A DNA stretch of 64,000 nucleotides. Source: a virus. Its lineage: Duplodnaviria > Heunggongvirae > Uroviricota > Caudoviricetes. The stretch is taken from positions 12,476 to 76,475 of the IMG/VR virus record IMGVR_UViG_3300035034_001740, one strand, 5' to 3'. The position numbers and the translations under genes are program-made. The notes beneath the pieces are model-generated. The model saw only the letters and a list, made by a program, of their open reading frames with translations, did not search any database and was not told where the DNA came from. This document shows, one piece after another, positions 55,991 to 64,000 of this stretch. Numbering within the stretch: the stretch's first letter is position 1; every line of letters begins with the position of its first letter.

Positions 55991-56486
55991 GTTTTGTTAT
56001 TATCTCTTGGATACTTGGATCAAATAAATTGTAAATTGGTATTTTATAATGCTTAGCTATTCGTAGAGCTTGGCCTGTTCCTCCAGAGGATTTGCCATCA
56101 GGTGTATAACACACCACAAAGTCGCTGGGTGTTTTTAAATCCCAACCTAAGACTTGACATACATTCCGTGTATGCATCGATCTGGCACCACGGCTCAAAG
56201 TCTTCCACTTTTTATGAAATTGTTCAGCAATCGCTTCAGTTTCTTTTTTTGAAGGGTGGTTGGTGATAATCAATTCACTAGAGTTATTTTCAAATTCTTT
56301 CCAAGGTAGAAAGATTTCCTTCTTTCCATTTGCATCGACGCAACCCAATTCAAAGACCATATCTGCTCCTTCGGCTCCACCACTTCTTAGAGTGTAACCT
56401 TTCTCAGCGAAACGTTTACCGACGACATACATCAAAAGAAGTATATCGTCTGGAGTTTCTCTACTGCCGATACCAGCATAAATCAT
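55983..56486 (-). CDS. DprA/Smf-like Rossmann-fold (SLOG) protein
   Basis: YAGIGSRETP and LRSGGAEGADM resemble the DprA GSR...SGGAxGxD motifs. Confidence 0.45.
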   Translation of the reverse strand: MIYAGIGSRETPDDILLLMYVVGKRFAEKGYTLRSGGAEGADMVFELGCVDANGKKEIFLPWKEFENNSSELIITNHPSKKETEAIAEQFHKKWKTLSRGARSMHTRNVCQVLGWDLKTPSDFVVCYTPDGKSSGGTGQALRIAKHYKIPIYNLFDPSIQEIITKHE

Positions 56487-56496
56487 AGATTATTCG

Positions 56497-56676
56497 TTAT
56501 TCGTTTTCTGAACCCGCGTCTAAGATAGGCGGAAACAACAAAGTAATTTTAGGATCATCAGTAACTCCTATATAACGATCTTCTACGACGTCAATATGTT
56601 TAACTCCCACACTTATATATGGCTGGAAGTGCTCGATGAACAGTTGGTTGATGATTTGAATGTCTCGTTCCTTCAT
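56497..56676 (-). CDS. Small hypothetical protein (59 aa, minus strand)
   Basis: MKERDIQIINQLFIEHF...; 10 nt upstream of the DprA-like gene on the same strand. Confidence 0.3.
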   Translation of the reverse strand: MKERDIQIINQLFIEHFQPYISVGVKHIDVVEDRYIGVTDDPKITLLFPPILDAGSENE

Positions 56677-56746
56677 ACAGCTTGTATAGTAAACTATAAA
56701 TTCTCTAAAGTCAAGTGTTTTTTGTGTTATATCAATATATATTAGT

Positions 56747-57190
56747 GTGAAGTCTTATTCCGGCACGAAAATACGTGAAATAATTCGTAGTGAATTAAAA
56801 AATGTCAATTTGCAAATACCTGATATGACATATGCTATGGTAAAGCCAGATTGGTTGGTGAATACTATGTATCCTAATATGTTTAGACGTTGGTTGCGTG
56901 AGAACGGGTTGGAGTTGTGGTTATCCTATTGGGACTGTGACAATTTTTCCATTCTGTTTTTCATTTTTGTTCAAATATGTAACGCAAAAACAATGAGCGC
57001 TCGACTTGATGGTGACACGGTCCAAGGTACTGCTGTAGGAATAATGTTTTTCGACCAGACAGATGTAGGTGGCCACGCTATCAATTTTATCGTTACCAAA
57101 AATGGTTTGTTGTTCTTCGAACCCCAGAATGGAAAGATTATATCATTAACTCAAAAAGAAAAGGATTCGTCATGGTTCGCTCTTTGTTAA
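56747..57190 (+). CDS. Hypothetical protein (GTG start uncertain)
   Basis: ORF only. Confidence 0.3.
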   Translation: MKSYSGTKIREIIRSELKNVNLQIPDMTYAMVKPDWLVNTMYPNMFRRWLRENGLELWLSYWDCDNFSILFFIFVQICNAKTMSARLDGDTVQGTAVGIMFFDQTDVGGHAINFIVTKNGLLFFEPQNGKIISLTQKEKDSSWFALC

Positions 57191-57313
57191 TAATATCCAT
57201 GTTACTGTTGGGTTCTTGTGCCACAACAAACGAACCAAACGATGACGATGACGATTTAGGCATCGAATTGGTAATGCCCGACCTAACAGAAGTTCAACCG
57301 GAAATTATAGAAT

Positions 57314-57652
57314 ATGAATAGAGTTCATTTTAGAAGCAAAAAGTTTACAGCATTTGTTGTAGCAGTTATATTAACAACCGTGTTTACCATCGCTGGTTTA
57401 GTAACGATAGCAATAATACCGTCTGCTGCTGCTTCGATAGTAAATTTGATTACTGTATCATTAGCGACAATGAACGGTGCTGTCAGCATGTATACCATCG
57501 GTCAGAGTGTTGTTGATTACAGAATCCAAGCCAACCACAATACCAGTGTATCAGATGTGAATAGTAGTTCTAAGGAACATAAGATAGAAGAATACAAAAA
57601 ATACAATCTTCAATTCGAAGGTGATACCAACCCAGAGAACCCTTTTGAATAA
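57314..57652 (+). CDS. Hypothetical membrane protein
   Basis: Two hydrophobic helices. Confidence 0.4.
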   Translation: MNRVHFRSKKFTAFVVAVILTTVFTIAGLVTIAIIPSAAASIVNLITVSLATMNGAVSMYTIGQSVVDYRIQANHNTSVSDVNSSSKEHKIEEYKKYNLQFEGDTNPENPFE

Positions 57653-57653
57653 C

Positions 57654-57944
57654 TCAATCTCCCTCAAAGTCTTCTATAACAACCTCATTCAAGACGTTCT
57701 TTTTAAGAATCCGTTCGACTGTTCTTATAGACTTCTCATCCAGTTTAGTTTTTGGGTGTTTTAAAAGCGCCTTTAGACATCCTGTAATAAACTTATCCTT
57801 CACGAACTTCAGACGTTCCGGAGTTATTGGATTCGTTATAGAAACTCTGTTGAATTTAACTTCACTAAACATTGCACATAAAAAAGCAATCTCCGGCCTT
57901 GATAGATTATAATACCCTCTCATAATATTTATATATTGACACAT
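57654..57944 (-). CDS. Hypothetical protein (minus strand)
   Basis: ORF only. Confidence 0.4.
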   Translation of the reverse strand: MCQYINIMRGYYNLSRPEIAFLCAMFSEVKFNRVSITNPITPERLKFVKDKFITGCLKALLKHPKTKLDEKSIRTVERILKKNVLNEVVIEDFEGD

Positions 57945-57978
57945 ACTTATAATCAGTCAAACTATAAATAATAAGAAT

Positions 57979-58323
57979 ATGAAAATAAAACATTTAAAGA
58001 AACCAACGAAACAAGAACTTATCAACGATCTTAATTTTCTATGTGGTCACAAGTTGTCTCTGGACTATAACTTTGAAGTGCTCGACAAAGTTGTTGAGAC
58101 TTCCGGAAGTCCTATGTTTGAGGCAGTCTACATGTCATTTGATTTTGCGTGTGACATGTTATCTAAGAGACATGATATTTCACCCGATGACGTGGGTTGG
58201 TTCGTTTATGATAATGAAATGGGAGAGGCTAGCTTAGAGTGTGCGGTTGTGATTGATGGGGTAACTAAGTTCAAGGAAATTAAAACCGTGGAGGATTTCG
58301 TAGACACTATACGAACAACTTAA
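57979..58323 (+). CDS. Hypothetical protein (MKIKHLKK..., divergent leader-family member)
   Basis: ORF only. Confidence 0.4.
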   Translation: MKIKHLKKPTKQELINDLNFLCGHKLSLDYNFEVLDKVVETSGSPMFEAVYMSFDFACDMLSKRHDISPDDVGWFVYDNEMGEASLECAVVIDGVTKFKEIKTVEDFVDTIRTT

Positions 58324-58324
58324 T

Positions 58325-58552
58325 GTGAAAATATCGATATCAACAAATCTGGCGTTGTTCCTTACGGGACTTACATTTGTAATACTTAAACTGTGTTCGG
58401 TTATAACGTGGCCGTGGGCTGTCGTTCTAATTCCTTGGTATCCGATGATGGTTGGTCTTGCTGTTACAGTCGCAATGTCTATGGTTGTTTTAACGGCACT
58501 ATTGTGGGTTTTTATGATAGCAGTAATTCAAATGATGGTAGACGAACTTTAA
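58325..58552 (+). CDS. Small membrane protein (GTG start)
   Basis: Hydrophobic throughout. Confidence 0.35.
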   Translation: MKISISTNLALFLTGLTFVILKLCSVITWPWAVVLIPWYPMMVGLAVTVAMSMVVLTALLWVFMIAVIQMMVDEL

Positions 58553-58897
58553 ATGAAGAACTTTAAGGAAAGTGTTGACGATAGAATCCAAGATATAATG
58601 GATACTTTTGATTTTGATAGAGTTCATAAGGTTATGCATGACACGAATTGGATGTGGTCAGGGAGAGGAATTCCAACTGTAACAGGTCTAAGACAGACTG
58701 CTGAAAAGTTGTTAAATGATGTGGTTAATAGTCGGTCAAGATATATTTCCACAGGAGGTTTGACTGTAACGTTGTATAGAACTGACACATGGTTTGATTT
58801 AAACTTAAGTTTTGTTGTCACCGACTGTAGTGTTGATGGGATATTCTATACAGATGATACGTCTACCCATAAGAAACACAAAATTAAAATGTCATGA
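58553..58897 (+). CDS. Hypothetical protein
   Basis: ORF only. Confidence 0.4.
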   Translation: MKNFKESVDDRIQDIMDTFDFDRVHKVMHDTNWMWSGRGIPTVTGLRQTAEKLLNDVVNSRSRYISTGGLTVTLYRTDTWFDLNLSFVVTDCSVDGIFYTDDTSTHKKHKIKMS

Positions 58898-59178
58898 GGA
58901 TTAAACATACTCGTCACAATGTTCCATCGATACACGATGATATAGAAAGAATCGTTGAAGATGTGTTAAAAAAATACATATTCCAACTCGTAGATGATTT
59001 TCTTTTATGGTCAATAGAAACTAACATAAGAGATGACATTCATGATGAACTTGAAGAATGTACTATCAATTCGATTATTACAACTTATGGGTCAAGTGGA
59101 TTTTATGTAACTTTGGATTATCTGATAGAAGGAGACCCTGATATCCATTACTTTAAAACTCTAATTCCGGCGAGTTAA
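58894..59178 (+). CDS. Hypothetical protein, MRIKHTRHN-leader family
   Basis: Conserved leader; ATGA overlap. Confidence 0.45.
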   Translation: MRIKHTRHNVPSIHDDIERIVEDVLKKYIFQLVDDFLLWSIETNIRDDIHDELEECTINSIITTYGSSGFYVTLDYLIEGDPDIHYFKTLIPAS

Positions 59179-59187
59179 AAAAAAGTG

Positions 59188-59216
59188 TTGACATCGTGTG
59201 GGTATGTCTGTTATAT
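59188..59216 (+). promoter_or_regulatory. sigma70-like promoter TTGACA-17-TTATAT
   Basis: Followed by SD aagga and the ATG at 59224. Confidence 0.45.
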
Positions 59217-59223
59217 TAAGGAC

Positions 59224-59835
59224 ATGATAATTAACTCCGACTTCAAAGATTACTACGACTTTGTGGCACATCAGTATCGTGACCCAAAGACTGTATTCGA
59301 ACGTGATCATATTGAATGGGGACGTAGAAACGATGGTACTCCAGGCGAACTACATAAAGTAAGTAGAGAACTTTCTTTTGGAATTAGCTGTGGTATTGGA
59401 AGAGTTAATGCAGAGAGTGTTGATGCTCTTATCATTGGTGGTAAGGTATATCAATACCATCATAAAGTTGACTCAAACTTCATAGGAGAAACAGTACATT
59501 CATACCGTGAGCCACCAATATCAGACGTTAGAAAAATCCGTCCGTTTGGGGTACGAGACTTTCGTGAATACAAGTGGGGTGAACATGTCGCAAAGTTTAA
59601 TGATCTTTGTGTCAAGTATGGACCTATCATTTGGTTTCACGACCGTGGAATTGATATCAATCCATGTTTTCGGTATCAGACTAATATTATGAAAATCCTT
59701 GACCCTTACACAATGGTTCAAGATATCATGGCATGTATCGGTAGTGTGGAACCACACATACCTGAAATGAACGATATAACAAAAATAGAAGCTGCTGGTT
59801 TCGATAAAAAGAAATCATTTAGACACAGAAAATGA
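59224..59835 (+). CDS. Hypothetical protein
   Basis: Start moved downstream of the promoter (the ORF extends to 59185). Confidence 0.45.
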   Translation: MIINSDFKDYYDFVAHQYRDPKTVFERDHIEWGRRNDGTPGELHKVSRELSFGISCGIGRVNAESVDALIIGGKVYQYHHKVDSNFIGETVHSYREPPISDVRKIRPFGVRDFREYKWGEHVAKFNDLCVKYGPIIWFHDRGIDINPCFRYQTNIMKILDPYTMVQDIMACIGSVEPHIPEMNDITKIEAAGFDKKKSFRHRK

Positions 59836-60146
59836 AAACAGATACACAATTACGATTAGAACATGACAATCAGAGGATGCGAGAGTTTATTCAAGAACTC
59901 AGCCGACTGACTCATTTTTCCCACAAAGACGAATGTAGAGAATTTCTTGTGGAAGTTGATTCGCCTTCGGTATTGAAAGACTTGAAAACTCTGGACGAAC
60001 TACAGCGGAAATTGGATTCCAAGTATGAGGATTCTATCACGGCTGTATTGAATTACGTTTACAATAACTGTGAACCAGATGAATACAATAAGGTCCATGA
60101 AACCTTGTTTAAATTTAAATCTCAAATAATGAATAACAATGAATAA
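59832..60146 (+). CDS. Hypothetical protein
   Basis: ORF only. Confidence 0.4.
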   Translation: MKTDTQLRLEHDNQRMREFIQELSRLTHFSHKDECREFLVEVDSPSVLKDLKTLDELQRKLDSKYEDSITAVLNYVYNNCEPDEYNKVHETLFKFKSQIMNNNE

Positions 60147-60213
60147 CGATTACAACATAAAAAGATTGGAAGCGTTACTACGTGCTATGGAAAAGGAGAA
60201 CTTAGAAAGTTAA

Positions 60214-60576
60214 TTGACGATGAGTGAAATGGAATATCATAAAGGACAGTTAGTTACTGTCGATTTAAAAGGGAAAACTATTGAAGAGTTTTTTGAACAA
60301 CTGTGTTTTGACGCGAATTACGTATCTCTGAAAAAGGAATGTTGTTATGACTACGATTCGTTTGAAGAACTGTATTGTGAAGAGATTGGTCGTTATTATG
60401 AATATGTAGAACACAATGGCGTTTTTTACAAAGCCGATGATACAGATTTGGATGACGGTGGTTTCATAGAATCAACTTTGGAGAACGACGATTCGATTAC
60501 ATACTTTGTTGGTTTTTATAATGGAGGAGCAGGCCTTGGTGAAGTTTTGAAAGACGCCATTGACAACGCCAAATAG
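60214..60576 (+). CDS. Hypothetical acidic protein
   Basis: ORF only. Confidence 0.4.
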   Translation: MTMSEMEYHKGQLVTVDLKGKTIEEFFEQLCFDANYVSLKKECCYDYDSFEELYCEEIGRYYEYVEHNGVFYKADDTDLDDGGFIESTLENDDSITYFVGFYNGGAGLGEVLKDAIDNAK

Positions 60577-60621
60577 TTATGAATTTCGTTGGCCGTATGA
60601 TATGAAGACTCCAATCTATAA

Positions 60622-60813
60622 ATGACGATTAAATATAAGAAACGTTTAAAATGTGAATGGTGTGATAATCACAACGGTGTATTGAGATATCGACAGAACA
60701 CGAACTATTCCGACGAAGAGTTGAATTGGAAATCATTATGTCAGAATTGCAAAGATGAAAACGATTGTTGGTGGGAAATAATGTGGAAAGAGTTAGAAAA
60801 TAACTTATTTTAA
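60622..60813 (+). CDS. Small zinc-ribbon protein
   Basis: CEWC...CQNC. Confidence 0.35.
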   Translation: MTIKYKKRLKCEWCDNHNGVLRYRQNTNYSDEELNWKSLCQNCKDENDCWWEIMWKELENNLF

Positions 60814-60851
60814 ATTGACATTTGAGTCTATATCGTATCTGATTGAATCAT

Positions 60852-61307
60852 ATGAAAGCAATAGCAGCAATGTCAGAAAACCGAGTGATCGGTAACAATA
60901 GTGGAATACCTTGGCATATTCCAGCGGACTTTAAATGGTTCAAAGAATGTACTTTGGATTCGACCTTAATCATGGGTAGAAAAACGGTGGAGTCTTTGCC
61001 TGGGAAGCTGCCACGAAGAACCATAATCAAATTGTCGGGGAACAAATCGGTTGATGCTATAATGGATGATATTAAATTGATTGAGAACAGTCAGGATGTT
61101 ACAAACCAGAGGGATGTATGGTTGTGTGGCGGTGCTCAGATATATAAACTTCTTTTACCATATTGTACTGACTTGTATCTAACGCGAGTGCACAGAGAGT
61201 GTGAAGGCGATACATTCTTTCCCGATTTTGAAGATTTGTTTGGCAGAAAAGGCATCTTCGTCGAGACGGATGAATTTACAATCGAACACTGGGAAAGGGT
61301 TTTATAA
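60852..61307 (+). CDS. folA: Dihydrofolate reductase
   Basis: MKAIAAMSENRVIGNNSGIPWHIPADFKWFKECT is the canonical DHFR N-terminus; the ATG is 9 nt inside the TTG-initiated ORF. Confidence 0.85.
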   Translation: MKAIAAMSENRVIGNNSGIPWHIPADFKWFKECTLDSTLIMGRKTVESLPGKLPRRTIIKLSGNKSVDAIMDDIKLIENSQDVTNQRDVWLCGGAQIYKLLLPYCTDLYLTRVHRECEGDTFFPDFEDLFGRKGIFVETDEFTIEHWERVL

Positions 61308-61510
61308 TGAATCGAATATACAAATATGAAGGGCTCAGGCTATCCACAGGAGTTTGTATAATTGTTCGCGCGAAGAACGAATCTGATGCTATAGAAATTG
61401 TCAGATCGGAGTTAGAGTTGACTGAGCTTACTGACAATAGAGACATATCAGTAGATGAGATTAAAGTTAAAGGGAACGGAGTTTTGTATTCCAACACCGG
61501 AGATTGTTAA
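61307..61510 (+). CDS. Hypothetical protein
   Basis: ORF only. Confidence 0.35.
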   Translation: MNRIYKYEGLRLSTGVCIIVRAKNESDAIEIVRSELELTELTDNRDISVDEIKVKGNGVLYSNTGDC

Positions 61511-61688
61511 TGTGGAATATACAGTAGAGTTACAAACTATACGTGAAGAATGTGAAAAACATGGCATTGTGTGGGACGCTGGGAATCTGACAGAATGTTT
61601 GGTGATGATTACTTTGGTTGGAAACACGGCGGCGACGGAGACAATGGAGAAAGTTTAATGTTTTCTTTAATCGTCCTGCTGGAACTTA

Positions 61689-62081
61689 ATGATACACGAT
61701 TTAAAAACAAAAAATAATATGAAACAAAAAAACGAACAAGAAGAATATTACAAATTCCCAGACGATTGCAGAGACGTTCCGATTCCAACGGAACCTATCG
61801 ATGTTATGAAGGGAACTGTGTTTGAGTCACCGACAATCGAAGAACCTTGTTGTTCAGATGCGTGTGGTTGTAAAACTGAGATTTCGAATCTACAAGCTTT
61901 GAAGATGATTTTAAGTTACATGTTTATACGAGAGGAAGTTATTGAACCTATAAAACATAAAGTGGGTGACTCTGAAGCAAGGGAATTCTCTACTAACTGT
62001 AGACGGAGAAAGTTGTTCAAATGGCAGAAATTGCCTGAAGGATACGAAAGATTAGACTCATACACAATAAATCCACATTAA
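61689..62081 (+). CDS. Hypothetical protein
   Basis: ORF only. Confidence 0.35.
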   Translation: MIHDLKTKNNMKQKNEQEEYYKFPDDCRDVPIPTEPIDVMKGTVFESPTIEEPCCSDACGCKTEISNLQALKMILSYMFIREEVIEPIKHKVGDSEAREFSTNCRRRKLFKWQKLPEGYERLDSYTINPH

Positions 62082-62083
62082 TC

Positions 62084-62551
62084 ATGAATAAAACACAAGA
62101 ACTTAATTGTAGGAACGAGACTCACAAGCACGTACGTCAAGTTCAAATGAACTTAAACTTATTCGTCCACGAACTCATCGAACGTGGTCAGCGACATGAT
62201 GATAGTAAATTTGAAGAACCTGAACTTTCGATATTCGCAGTGAATACGGAACTGCTTGGTAAGACTACATATGGAAGTGTTGAGTATGAGAATTTGTTGG
62301 AAAAAGTCAAAGTGGCTACAACACACCACTATGACAGCAACCGACATCATACGGAACACTGGGAAAACGGCGTTAATGATATGTCTCTAGTCGATCTGAT
62401 TGAAATGATTTGTGATTGGAAAGCTGCTACTCAACGACACAAAGACGGTGATATCAGAAAAAGTCTTGAAATCAACGCTGAAAAGTATAAGTTTTCGCCT
62501 CAGTTGAAACAAATATTTGCAAACACGATCAATGACCACTTAGACGAATAA
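62084..62551 (+). CDS. Hypothetical protein, possible HD-domain phosphohydrolase
   Basis: H-x-H ... RHDDSK resembles the HD motif. Confidence 0.35.
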   Translation: MNKTQELNCRNETHKHVRQVQMNLNLFVHELIERGQRHDDSKFEEPELSIFAVNTELLGKTTYGSVEYENLLEKVKVATTHHYDSNRHHTEHWENGVNDMSLVDLIEMICDWKAATQRHKDGDIRKSLEINAEKYKFSPQLKQIFANTINDHLDE

Positions 62552-62712
62552 AACTCTAAATAAGGATTGACTTTTAGAAAACCTATAACATAATAACGAC
62601 ATGAAAATCAAAATATTTGTAACTGTGATACTTCTCGCGTTACTGTTCACAGCCTGGCAGGCAACTCCGGCTACTTCGACAGTAGTTCAAAATAAAGCAG
62701 CTGTCGCTCAAG

Positions 62713-63369
62713 TTGAGAATAGTGATAGTTGCTGCTGTTTCTGCTGAATCACAAGATAGTATTGGATTCAAGCTCGGTGTTAATATTACAGGTATGGTTG
62801 AAGAACCTAATACGGCGACATTCCTATACTACTATCCAACAAAGAGTTTGGCGTCTATCATCGATTCAAATATTCGTGGTGACATTCAATCTATGTTGTC
62901 AGAAGAGTTTGGTGGACGCGAATTGGAAAAATGTAAACAAGAAAAGAATCAAATCTTTGATTCGGTTCGGATACAGATCACAGAAAAGTATAAGAGATTT
63001 GACATCACAATTACATCATTTGGTTTGTCAGAAGGTCTAACCTATGAAGACCGTGAAATTCAACAAGCGATTAACGATGCTTACATCGCTGAAATGAAGA
63101 TTCAACAGGCTGAACAAGATAAGATTGCTCAACTCCAAGAGAATGAACGTCTATTGAGTATTGCTCGAAACGAACGTGAGAGAGCAGAGGAATTCGCTCA
63201 GGCCGCTGAAGCTCGTTCAAAACAAGTTGATGTTGAAATCAAACGGATGCAGGCTGAAGCTATCTTGAACTTCTCTAAGTCGTGGAATGGTGAAGTTCCA
63301 AACTTCCTGACAGTTGGTGGCAATGGGAATTCAGGAACACCGTTTCTATTCAATCTTGACACTAAGTAG
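62713..63369 (+). CDS. SPFH/band-7-like protein (putative; start uncertain)
   Basis: C-terminal coiled coil AQAAEARSKQVDVEIKRMQAEAILNF typical of SPFH proteins; see the frameshift note in findings. Confidence 0.35.
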   Translation: MRIVIVAAVSAESQDSIGFKLGVNITGMVEEPNTATFLYYYPTKSLASIIDSNIRGDIQSMLSEEFGGRELEKCKQEKNQIFDSVRIQITEKYKRFDITITSFGLSEGLTYEDREIQQAINDAYIAEMKIQQAEQDKIAQLQENERLLSIARNERERAEEFAQAAEARSKQVDVEIKRMQAEAILNFSKSWNGEVPNFLTVGGNGNSGTPFLFNLDTK

Positions 63370-63394
63370 TCGGTCAATAGTTTAAAATAACACA

Positions 63395-63423
63395 AGGGGG
63401 GTTAGAAATGACTCCCTTTTTTG
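63395..63423 (+). terminator. Rho-independent terminator (gggggg/ctccc stem with a G-U wobble + TTTTTT)
   Basis: After the 62713 gene; immediately followed by TTGACA. Confidence 0.45.
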
Positions 63424-63452
63424 TTGACAAGATTGAATCCCGATAGTAAATT
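63424..63452 (+). promoter_or_regulatory. sigma70-like promoter TTGACA-17-TAAATT
   Basis: 6 nt upstream of the ATG at 63459. Confidence 0.4.
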
Positions 63453-63458
63453 ATAAGA

Positions 63459-63761
63459 ATGAAAGAACTTCAGATAGTAATACAGGGAACCACAGGGGCC
63501 GGTAAATCATCCCTAGCATATCTTATCCAAAAGACATTGGGAGATAATAACATAACCTCAACTATTGTTGAGACTCCAGACGACGGAGATTCAAAGGCGG
63601 TTGCTGATTCGTATATCCAAAGAGTTAAATCGTTAAACGGAATTAACGTGTTAATTCAAACTCAACAAATAACACGTATGACAGATAAAGAAACAATAGA
63701 TGCCACAACTGAACAAGTTAGACATATGGCGTCGGGGGATATGCGTGACTATAGAAGGTAG
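63459..63761 (+). CDS. Small P-loop NTPase/kinase-like protein
   Basis: Walker A GTTGAGKSS near the N-terminus. Confidence 0.45.
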   Translation: MKELQIVIQGTTGAGKSSLAYLIQKTLGDNNITSTIVETPDDGDSKAVADSYIQRVKSLNGINVLIQTQQITRMTDKETIDATTEQVRHMASGDMRDYRR

Positions 63762-64000
63762 ACAAATGATGATACCATCAAATACGTTTGAATGGGAACA
63801 TGACTCACGAGGAAAAGATGTATCCGATACGGAAACGAAGTTTAAACCAAACCCTTCAAATTAGGCTACACAGCCTACGAATGGTTATTCAGGCAACTGA
63901 CCTGTAGCCAAATAAGTTTTGTAACTTGATTCAGCATACAAAAGAGCTTGGTCAACATTGGCCCCAATTGTTGTTGCTAATGTGAAGAATGGAATTAACG

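Noticed and set aside
60815-60842. TTGACA upstream of DHFR as a promoter
   Set aside because: No acceptable -10 hexamer lies at 16-18 nt spacing (TATCGT at 10 nt, TATCTG at 15 nt).

Overview
This is a gene-dense, almost entirely plus-strand window of about 38% GC that reads like part of a large marine or environmental virulent phage genome. It carries many sigma70-like promoters (AAATTGACA-N16/17-TATAnT) and several intrinsic terminators. I found no rRNA, tRNA or CRISPR.

The most striking content is two 'fractured' genes. An IMPDH/GMP-reductase-family gene is split into two ORFs by a split mini-intein. A class II, B12-dependent ribonucleotide reductase gene (nrdJ) is split into four consecutive ORFs by three different split mini-inteins, with a PduO-type cobalamin adenosyltransferase gene directly downstream. 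All intein halves show canonical N-terminal blocks A and B and C-terminal blocks F and G ending in HN. The inteins sit at conserved or catalytic motifs, and no homing-endonuclease ORF lies between the halves.

Other notable modules:
- NAD+ salvage and reconstitution: NadV/NAMPT, a NadD-like adenylyltransferase, a NadM-like+Nudix protein, PRPP synthetase and a histidine phosphatase, with 2H phosphoesterases and a Macro domain elsewhere in the window.
- A complete prkA-yeaH/yhbH-spoVR triad.
- An 8.5 kb glycosylation locus: two GT1 and two GT2 glycosyltransferases, a possible GT-A protein, two methyltransferases and an SDR epimerase/dehydratase.
- A nucleotide-metabolism set: dUTPase, dCMP deaminase, ThyA, DHFR and two nucleoside 2-deoxyribosyltransferase-like proteins.
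- Three metallophosphoesterases, an SNF2-like helicase, a Cas4-like nuclease, a UvdE-like endonuclease, an HPF-like ribosome hibernation factor, a PTH2-like peptidyl-tRNA hydrolase, a vWA protein, and three HNH endonucleases (one a free-standing minus-strand insertion with tandem peptide repeats).
- A family of at least six unrelated small ORFs that all begin with the nonapeptide MK[IV]KHTRHN (conserved at amino-acid level despite synonymous codon changes), plus a 14-aa truncated copy and a weaker MKIKHLKK variant. Two members are preceded by a repeated ~40-nt AT-alternating element.
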